This document shows positions 57,153 through 64,000 of a DNA stretch of 64,000 bases, in pieces. Both the position numbers and the translations under genes were made by a program. The notes under the pieces are model-generated. The model ran no database searches and had not been told where the DNA came from. It saw only the letters and a program-made list of their open reading frames with translations. The stretch lies in NCBI GenBank assembly GCA_903859815.1, contig CAIOOA010000303.1:4513-68512 (forward strand), read 5' to 3'. This DNA is from an uncultured Methylococcaceae bacterium (GTDB taxonomy: Bacteria; Pseudomonadota; Gammaproteobacteria; Methylococcales; Methylococcaceae). How positions within the stretch are numbered: position 1 is the first letter of the stretch; each line of letters starts with the position of its first letter.

Positions 57153-58598
57153 CTACTTTAATTTGCAATCTGCAGTGGATAGCCATTGATCCAACGGACC
57201 TTCGTTTATAACGTTCCCACTCTTGTCCTTGAAATAGACATTTTTATCGATATTATTATTGGCCTTGGAAGCAAAAAGACAAGTATTGGCCTTGGAATAG
57301 CAGCGATAAGTCCAGTCTGGTGAATCCTTAGTAGTTTCATGGGTTAGAAACGCATCGTAGTATTTTCTTTCAGCCCAATCAAACAGGCATTCAGTTGGAG
57401 ACGGGGTTAGGTTCTGCGCTTTAAGAAAGCTAGGGTCTTCCACCGGCATGAACGGCGATTGCGTTTCCAGATCGGCCATTGTGAGTTTGTTCACCTCTGT
57501 AAAATCCAAATTGGCAAGATCGATCAAACGCAAAGAATTGTTTTCCGCGCTGCGGAAGTAGAGCTTGGAAGTGCTTCTTCCGTTTTTGTCTGGAAAACCA
57601 TGTACACGCAACACGGTCCATTGCGTGTACGCGACTCCTTCAGCCCCCTTTGAGTCGTCATAGGTTTCGCCCTTGGCGTTCTCAACCCGCCCAATCAGTT
57701 TTGCGGCAGCTTGCAGCGTGTCGTTTTCACTCAACAACGGGTTGCTGCCCTGCGCGGTCGGCCCCACCAATTCATGAGTGGCACATTGCCTAAGTTTGGC
57801 CAGCACGACAAAGCGGCTCTTTGCATCAAAGTCGCCGGGCATACCTTTTAGCCCCTCATCTTCATTGACAACACCGCATTGCAGCTTGGTAAATTGCGGC
57901 AAGTAAAGGTGGCTTAGTTGCAATGCATAGTCCGGGGAGTTGGTCATGACACCCTCGTACTGCTGATTGTCATCATCATAAATCTGAGTACCCTTGTTCA
58001 TCCATTCGATGACCATCGACTTGCCAGAGGCATCGTGCAACACCGCATGTAAGTTAGGCATTTGACCACCAAGCTCTTTGGACGTTTCACCCACAACGAC
58101 TACCCTATTCAATGCGGCTTTCACTTCCGCGACCGACTGGAATTGGCCTAACGCCCAAGCAGCAAAATCTTGTATGGACAACGCCTTGGTATTGTCGGGA
58201 CTCACTGGAAAATCAGTTCCGGTTAACCAAAGAAGACCTACCGACAAGCCCATCTCGTTGATGCCTTCGGCAAATTTGTATTTTTGATCCAACTGGTTTA
58301 TCCCGACAAAACCATATTGGTTGGTCCATGTCACCCCAGGCTTAGTGGCGTCGAGAGAGTCACCCGCATTGTTGACCCATTTAATCCCGCGTGGAACTTT
58401 TACAATTTGGGACTTCAAATCCATGAAAAATTCCATCGTGCGCGCAGAAACCACAGGCAGTGGTTTGATGCGTGTGTTGCCGGTGATAATTACATCGGAG
58501 CAGGCCCATAGGGATTGGGTCGATAGGGCAAGCAAAAATCCAAGGATAAATGCAAGATGCTTGGTTAGGTGAGATTGTGTTCGAATGCGAGTGTTCAT
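57153..58598 (-). CDS. Ntn hydrolase of the choloylglycine hydrolase / penicillin V acylase family with C-terminal Cys-containing extension
   Basis: 481 aa. A signal peptide ending ...SLWA is followed by Cys (CSDVIITG), the N-terminal nucleophile. The C-terminal ~130 aa carries the ECLFDWAERKYYDAF...YRCYS...TCLF...WLSTADC pattern. Confidence 0.7.
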   Translation of the reverse strand: MNTRIRTQSHLTKHLAFILGFLLALSTQSLWACSDVIITGNTRIKPLPVVSARTMEFFMDLKSQIVKVPRGIKWVNNAGDSLDATKPGVTWTNQYGFVGINQLDQKYKFAEGINEMGLSVGLLWLTGTDFPVSPDNTKALSIQDFAAWALGQFQSVAEVKAALNRVVVVGETSKELGGQMPNLHAVLHDASGKSMVIEWMNKGTQIYDDDNQQYEGVMTNSPDYALQLSHLYLPQFTKLQCGVVNEDEGLKGMPGDFDAKSRFVVLAKLRQCATHELVGPTAQGSNPLLSENDTLQAAAKLIGRVENAKGETYDDSKGAEGVAYTQWTVLRVHGFPDKNGRSTSKLYFRSAENNSLRLIDLANLDFTEVNKLTMADLETQSPFMPVEDPSFLKAQNLTPSPTECLFDWAERKYYDAFLTHETTKDSPDWTYRCYSKANTCLFASKANNNIDKNVYFKDKSGNVINEGPLDQWLSTADCKLK

Positions 58599-58630
58599 AA
58601 GTATTTCTCCGGTTATGTAGTTTTATTAAA

Positions 58631-58647
58631 CTTGCATCGTATGCAAG
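58631..58647. promoter_or_regulatory. operator-like palindrome CTTGCAT-CGT-ATGCAAG upstream of the Ntn hydrolase gene
   Basis: 7-bp perfect inverted arms with a 3-bp spacer, about 33 bp upstream of the start codon at 58598. Confidence 0.25.
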
Positions 58648-59085
58648 TGATATTAAAAGCACATTATTCATGGCAAATTCAATGCCAGAGTTTTAAACCT
58701 TTGCGGCATTTTGAGCTAAACCGGTATAGAAAATAAGCCAAACAGGTTTGAGACTAGTGATTTTGAATCGCTTATTGCGTGATGACTGGGACTTATACGT
58801 GAAAGGGGAAGCACCTTACCGATTGTTTAATCGTGAGAGATGGGTAAATCCAACAGAATTGTCGCTAATTTATGACACCAAAGACCATCAATAGCTCTAA
58901 ATGAAACTAGGTTTTCATTACTATTCAATAGATTGGTAAATCCATCAAAACTGTCGCCAAATCAAAACATCAGAAACTTGTTAAGCCCATCACTAGCCGG
59001 CGTGACCCGGATGTAGCGTGGCGAATTCCGAGTAGTGATAGCCCAACCCGGATTCCACTTCGTTCCATCCGGGTTACCCGCTAAC

Positions 59086-59114
59086 ACCGACTCGGTTTTA
59101 AAAACCGAGTCGGT
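59086..59114. repeat. palindromic element ACCGACTCGGTTTT-AAAACCGAGTCGGT, copy 2 (after the proA stop)
   Basis: 14-bp perfect arms. Same sequence family as 52119-52149. Confidence 0.65.
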
Positions 59115-59127
59115 CTACCTCATTAAA

Positions 59128-60387
59128 CTATCCCCTCACCTGCCCATCCCCCAACACCACGAACTTCTGCGTGGTCAGACCTTCCAAACCCACCGGGCCA
59201 CGGGCATGGAGCTTGTCGGTGCTGATGCCGATTTCCGCACCTAGGCCATATTCAAAGCCATCGGCAAAACGGGTGGAGGCATTGACCATCACCGAACTGG
59301 AATCGACCTCACGCAAGAAGCGGCGAGCGCGGGTGTAGTCCTCGGTGACAATGGCTTCAGTATGTTGGGAACTGTGGTTATGGATATGCTCCATGGCTTC
59401 ATCCAAGCCAGCCACGATGCGGATGGACAGAATCGCCGCCAAATATTCAGTGTCCCAATCTTCTTCGGTGGCGGGGATTGCGTCGGGTATCCATTCCAAA
59501 GTTTTCGGGCATCCTCGCAATTCCACGCCTTTTTCCTTCAACAAGCCCGCCAATTCCGGCAAAATACTTGCGGCGATGCCTTCCGCCACCAGCAAAGTTT
59601 CCATCGCGTTGCAGACTCCATAGCGATGCGTTTTGGCATTCATCGCTATGCGTATGGCTTTATCAGGGTCGGCCTTGTCGTCAATGTAAACATGGCAGAT
59701 GCCATCCAAGTGTTTGATGATGGGGATGCGTGATTCCGCCATGATGCGCTCGATCAAGCCTTTGCCGCCGCGAGGCACGATCACATCGACGAATTGCTCC
59801 ATCCGCAATAATTCACCCACCGCGGCCCGGTCGGTCGTGTCAATCAATTGCACGGCTCCTTCGGGCAAACCGGCCTCAGCCAATCCAGCACGGACGCGCT
59901 CGGCAATGGCACGATTGGAATGTATCGCCTCGGATCCGCCTCGCAGGATGCAAGCATTGCCCGATTTCAGGCATAAGGCCGCCGCGTCTGCGGTCACATT
60001 GGGGCGGGATTCATAAATGATGCCGATGACACCCAGCGGAACCCGCATCCGCCCAACCTGAATGCCGGAAGGACGGTAGGCCAGCCCGGTAATTTCCCCA
60101 ACCGGGTCGGCCAAGGCTGCGACTTCACGCAAACCCTCAGCCATGGCTTTGACACTCTTGGCTGTGAGGGTCAGGCGGTCCAGCATCGCCGCATCCAAGC
60201 CTTTGGCGCGACCTGCCTCCAAATCCTTCGCGTTTTCGCCGATGAGGGCTTGTGCGTCGTCCTCCAAGCGATTGGCTATGGCCAACAAAGCGCGATTCTT
60301 GGCTGCCGTGTCAGCACGGCCCATCAAACGGGAAGTGGCGCGGGCTTGCTCTCCGACGGAGTGCATATATTCTTTAATATCATGCAT
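59128..60387 (-). CDS. proA: gamma-glutamyl phosphate reductase
   Basis: 419 aa. Aldehyde dehydrogenase fold with the catalytic Cys region [11 protein letters not shown]. Confidence 0.94.
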   Translation of the reverse strand: MHDIKEYMHSVGEQARATSRLMGRADTAAKNRALLAIANRLEDDAQALIGENAKDLEAGRAKGLDAAMLDRLTLTAKSVKAMAEGLREVAALADPVGEITGLAYRPSGIQVGRMRVPLGVIGIIYESRPNVTADAAALCLKSGNACILRGGSEAIHSNRAIAERVRAGLAEAGLPEGAVQLIDTTDRAAVGELLRMEQFVDVIVPRGGKGLIERIMAESRIPIIKHLDGICHVYIDDKADPDKAIRIAMNAKTHRYGVCNAMETLLVAEGIAASILPELAGLLKEKGVELRGCPKTLEWIPDAIPATEEDWDTEYLAAILSIRIVAGLDEAMEHIHNHSSQHTEAIVTEDYTRARRFLREVDSSSVMVNASTRFADGFEYGLGAEIGISTDKLHARGPVGLEGLTTQKFVVLGDGQVRG

Positions 60388-60413
60388 AAGTGTGTTTGAT
60401 CGCTTGAAAAAAA

Positions 60414-62861
60414 TTAAAACGGTAGTTGGATGTCGGGTTTGATAGCCAAAAGCAACTCTCTGAATTGCTGTTGGATATGGGCGAGTGCCTTTTCATTGTC
60501 GGCTTCAAACCGGAAGGTGATGGCCGGCAAGGTATTGGATGCCCTCACCAAACCCCATCCTTCCAAGAAGTCCACGCGCAGACCGTCAATGTCGGTTATG
60601 CGGGCATCGCTAAACTCGGCAAAGGCGAGCACTTTTGCCATCAGTGCAATGTTTTCGCCTTCTTCAAGCTGCACGCCCATTTCAGGCGTGTTGATGCTGT
60701 CAGGCAATTTGGCAAACACTTCGGCACTGGATTCAGATGCGTTGGACAAAATTTCAATCATGCGTGTACTGGCGTAGATGGCATCGTCAAAACCATACCA
60801 ACGTTCCTGGAAGAAGATATGACCGCTCAACTCACCCGCCAGCATAGCGCCAGTTTCCTTGAGTTTGGCTTTCATCGGCGCATGACCGGATTTCGCCAGG
60901 ATCGGCCGCCCGCCGCTTTTAACGATTTGGCTTGGTAGGTTTCTCGTACATTTGACATCATAAATAATGTCCGCACCCGGTTCCCGCGACAGCACATCAG
61001 CCGCCAACACCATCATTTGCCGGTCAGGCCAAATAATCTTTCCACTGGAATCGACCAAACCCAAGCGGTCCCCGTCGCCATCGTAGGCCACACCCAAATC
61101 CGCTTCGTTTTGCAACACGGTTCTGATCAACTCCTCCAAATTTTCCGGGTTGCCAGGGTCGGGGTGGTGATTGGGGAAACGACCATCCACTTCACAAAAC
61201 AATTCGATGACCTCACAACCCAGCGAGCGTATTAATTTAGGGGCAACGACACTGGCCGATCCATTGCCGCAATCCATGACAATTTTTAACGGACGCCCAA
61301 GCTGGGTATCGCCAACCACCCGTTCAATATATTCAGGCAGTAGATTGTAAGTGTTCATCCTACCCTTGCCAGTGACAAAACTGCCGTTTTCAATGCGTAA
61401 ACGCAGATTCTGTATATCCTGACCGGACAGGGTATCGCCACTAAGCACTATTTTCAGCCCGTTGTAGTTCGGTGGATTGTGGCTACCGGTAATGATCACA
61501 CCGGATTGTGCGTTCATGGTGTGAGTGGCGAAATGCATCAAGGGAGTTGGCACTAAGCCGATATTGATGACTGTGCGCCCACTATCCACCAAGCCCTTGC
61601 AAAGGGATTTGCAAAGTTCAGGGCTTGAAAGCCTACCATCATGACCAACGGCAATGAAATTTTCACCCCGTTCTGCCATTTCTGCTGCAATGGCAAGTCC
61701 AATCGCGTAGGTCACATCCGGGTTGATGGTTTCACCGAGTATGCCCCGTATATCATTTTGACAGAATATGGTTTTAGAAATCTTGACTGAAGACGCACGT
61801 CCACTGCGAACCTCGGGTTCTTGTGGTTTTTCTTCTGTCTTTTCCACTGGCGTTTCAGGTTTCGCAATCGGTTGCGGCTGAAGTTCGGGCTTTGCCGTCT
61901 GCACCCTAGTGTCACGTTGCACTCTCTTCAACCTTGAGATTTCCGTGGCGATGTGCTCTATTTCCTTAATTTTAAATACAAAATCGCCAAGAGGGCTATT
62001 GTTGATCATATCATTGGCTAGAATCAGCAAGCTTTTGCGATCTTGACGCAATGCGGCATACTGAAGGCGGATCAGCATTATTCCCAAACCGCCAATGACC
62101 ACCAAGGAAACCAGTAAGCTGGCAACAAACCAAATAATATTCAATGGGACATCGGGCCGAACCCAATAAGCTATTTTCCACGGGGTGCCTTTGACTTCCA
62201 CTTCCCCGTCCGGTTCTTTGTCCTTACAATTCGGCCCACCTTGATAAAGTATGTTGACGTTTTCCTGTCGCAATGCCATCCCGCAAGCACCCTCATAGGC
62301 CAATTCACCATTCAGTATCTTGACTGGCCAACTGACATGGACGACGCCGCCTCCATTGGTCAGACGTTGCGCCATCGCCAAATGAGTATCGGGCGAATTG
62401 GGAAGATGAATGGCCGGGGGCACTGCTCCATTGACAGCACCGATAACCATGTGCAAATCTGAAAAGCCCATTTTTGGGGTTCGGCTTTCATCGGGCGTAT
62501 CGAGTCCCTCAGGCAATAACCTGACCAGCCAAGCGCTTGACACCGCACGGGTGATGCGTTCTTCCTCTTGCCGAATCAGCCCCGGATCGGATTGGTTGAT
62601 TAGGCTTGCCAGCTTGGCATCCCCGGCTAGGGCCAGCATACTTTGGTTTAGTATATTGATAAGACTGGTCAAGCTGCTCGCATCGTTTTGCGCCGAATTC
62701 AAGGCGCTTTGTTGGTTATATTCATTAACCGTGCGCGAACAAGTCCAAAACAGCACGGCATGAGCCAGTATGATGACGATGAGAGCCACGATGACCAAAC
62801 TTCCAGTGATGCCCGCAAATGTCAATTTGGTCTTGATAATCCCAGAAGAACGCTTACTCAT
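60414..62861 (-). CDS. algC: phosphomannomutase/phosphoglucomutase with long membrane-anchored N-terminal extension
   Basis: C-terminal ~455 aa carries [11 protein letters not shown] (phosphoserine loop), DGDGDRLG (Mg loop) and GELSGH. The N-terminal ~360 aa has two TM segments flanking a domain of ~220 aa. The start is taken at the Met at 62861, just after the dut stop. Confidence 0.85.
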   Translation of the reverse strand: MSKRSSGIIKTKLTFAGITGSLVIVALIVIILAHAVLFWTCSRTVNEYNQQSALNSAQNDASSLTSLINILNQSMLALAGDAKLASLINQSDPGLIRQEEERITRAVSSAWLVRLLPEGLDTPDESRTPKMGFSDLHMVIGAVNGAVPPAIHLPNSPDTHLAMAQRLTNGGGVVHVSWPVKILNGELAYEGACGMALRQENVNILYQGGPNCKDKEPDGEVEVKGTPWKIAYWVRPDVPLNIIWFVASLLVSLVVIGGLGIMLIRLQYAALRQDRKSLLILANDMINNSPLGDFVFKIKEIEHIATEISRLKRVQRDTRVQTAKPELQPQPIAKPETPVEKTEEKPQEPEVRSGRASSVKISKTIFCQNDIRGILGETINPDVTYAIGLAIAAEMAERGENFIAVGHDGRLSSPELCKSLCKGLVDSGRTVINIGLVPTPLMHFATHTMNAQSGVIITGSHNPPNYNGLKIVLSGDTLSGQDIQNLRLRIENGSFVTGKGRMNTYNLLPEYIERVVGDTQLGRPLKIVMDCGNGSASVVAPKLIRSLGCEVIELFCEVDGRFPNHHPDPGNPENLEELIRTVLQNEADLGVAYDGDGDRLGLVDSSGKIIWPDRQMMVLAADVLSREPGADIIYDVKCTRNLPSQIVKSGGRPILAKSGHAPMKAKLKETGAMLAGELSGHIFFQERWYGFDDAIYASTRMIEILSNASESSAEVFAKLPDSINTPEMGVQLEEGENIALMAKVLAFAEFSDARITDIDGLRVDFLEGWGLVRASNTLPAITFRFEADNEKALAHIQQQFRELLLAIKPDIQLPF

Positions 62862-62865
62862 AGTT

Positions 62866-63318
62866 CTACCGTCCTGTATGCCCAAAACCGCCTTGCGAGC
62901 GGATCGTTTCAGTGAATTCTTCCACCCGCTCAAACTTCACCTTGGCAACCGGTACAAAAACCATTTGGGCAATCCGCTCGCCTACCTGGATTTCATAGGC
63001 TTGACCGCTGCGATTCCAGCACGAAACAAACACCTGGCCTTGGTAATCGGAGTCTATCAGTCCAACCAGATTACCCAACACGATGCCATGTTTGTGACCC
63101 AAGCCCGAACGCGGCAATAACACCGCAGCCAAATGCGGGTCGTCAATGTGAATGGCAAGGCCAGTCGGAATCAGGCAAGTCTCGCCGGCAGCAATTGTTA
63201 AGGGTTCCGGTATGCAGGCCCTCAGATCCAAACCCGCCGACCCATGAGTGGCGTATTCAGGAAATGGGATTGCATGTCCAAGACGCTCATCCAGAATTTT
63301 TAGTTGAATGTTTCGCAC
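62866..63318 (-). CDS. dut: dUTP diphosphatase
   Basis: 150 aa. [18 protein letters not shown] and GGFGHTGR motifs. Confidence 0.95.
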   Translation of the reverse strand: MRNIQLKILDERLGHAIPFPEYATHGSAGLDLRACIPEPLTIAAGETCLIPTGLAIHIDDPHLAAVLLPRSGLGHKHGIVLGNLVGLIDSDYQGQVFVSCWNRSGQAYEIQVGERIAQMVFVPVAKVKFERVEEFTETIRSQGGFGHTGR

Positions 63319-64000
63319 GATAGTTTTCCGAGATCAATTCGATAAGTTGAATGGCGATAGTTTGTTTGGAGGCGAGCGGCAAAACCGTTTCCCCGCCGTT
63401 CCAAGCGACCCAAAGGGCGTTATCTGGGCTATCAAAGCCGCCCTCGGGCTGTCCGACCCGGTTCGCGGCTATCATGTCCAAACCTTTCCCTTCCAACTTG
63501 GCCTTGGCGTAAGCCTCGACATGGTCGGTTTCGGCGGCAAAACCCACGGTGTAGGGCTTGTTGGGAAGGCTGGCAACCGCAGCCAAGATGTCGCGTGTCC
63601 GGGTCAATTGAATGGCCAAAGATTCTTTGCTTTTTTTAATTTTTTCTTCCGCCACGGCAACCGGGGTGTAGTCGGCCACCGCCGCAGTGCCAATGTAAAT
63701 ATCCTGATGCGGGGCCAGACTCATCACCGCATCGAACATATCAGCCGCACTCTGCACCTGCACCACAGTCGCATCATAGGGAGGTGGCAGGGCTACCGGC
63801 CCGCTGACTAAGGTGACTTTAGCACCGGCGGCAATGGCGGCTTGTGCCAAGCAATAGCCCATTTTGCCAGAACTCCGGTTGGTCAAGTAACGCACCGGGT
63901 CGATGGGCTCACGGGTTGGCCCGGCGCTAATCATCACTGAAATACCGGACAATTGGCTACGGCTGAAGAATTTTTCTATTGCGCGGCAAATGTCGGCTGG
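63287..64000 (-). CDS. coaBC: bifunctional phosphopantothenoylcysteine decarboxylase/synthetase, C-terminal (CoaB) part; the 5' end lies beyond the window
   Basis: [25 protein letters not shown] and AAVADY motifs of the CoaB half. The reading frame stays open to the right edge. coaBC-dut-algC order as in Pseudomonas. Confidence 0.88.
   Translation of the reverse strand, partial: PADICRAIEKFFSRSQLSGISVMISAGPTREPIDPVRYLTNRSSGKMGYCLAQAAIAAGAKVTLVSGPVALPPPYDATVVQVQSAADMFDAVMSLAPHQDIYIGTAAVADYTPVAVAEEKIKKSKESLAIQLTRTRDILAAVASLPNKPYTVGFAAETDHVEAYAKAKLEGKGLDMIAANRVGQPEGGFDSPDNALWVAWNGGETVLPLASKQTIAIQLIELISENYRAKHSTKNSG

Noticed and set aside
58757-58894. Short ORF (about 45 codons, VILNRLLRDDWDLYVKGEAPYRLFNRERWVNPTELSLIYDTKDHQ).
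   Set aside because: It has no recognisable family, a GTG start and no ribosome-binding context that I could see. It may be a fragment of a decayed gene.

Overview
This looks like a gammaproteobacterial chromosomal window. The gene orders tpiA-secG-tRNA-Leu-ssrA, rsmA(ksgA)-pdxA-surA-lptD divergent from amgK-murU, and coaBC-dut-algC resemble Pseudomonas-type synteny. The taxon cannot be fixed without a database search. All calls come from reading the translated ORFs and the DNA by eye; no search was run. Housekeeping blocks are interrupted by visibly AT-richer accessory segments. (1) 1.6-6.7 kb holds polysaccharide and exosortase-type accessory genes: a NodB deacetylase, an ACP, two paired alpha/beta hydrolases, a glycosyltransferase and a secreted TPR-like protein. 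(2) 6.9-12.8 kb is a c-di-GMP cluster: a small periplasmic PBP-like protein, an outer-membrane barrel, a PAS-GGDEF-EAL sensor and a convergent HD-GYP. (3) The aminotransferase-hom...thrC region is invaded by two Sel1-repeat genes. It also carries two different two-gene modules (ABC-type ATPase plus a small TOPRIM/DUF4276-like protein) that sit 31-32 bp on either side of thrC. (4) A roughly 7.9 kb type I R-M island abuts tRNA-Ala(CGC). Its hsdR and hsdS look intact, and hsdM has lost its AdoMet-binding core. It also contains REP-like elements and a roughly 335 bp array of 41-bp (2 x about 20.5 bp) AATTGGATTT repeats. (5) An ORC/Cdc6-like AAA+ ATPase and a protein with a P-loop-less N-terminal domain plus a TPR array form an overlapping pair just after tusA. 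The best candidates for poorly described or novel systems are the two ATPase modules bracketing thrC and the AAA+/TPR pair. I saw no CRISPR array, integrase, transposase or prophage genes.
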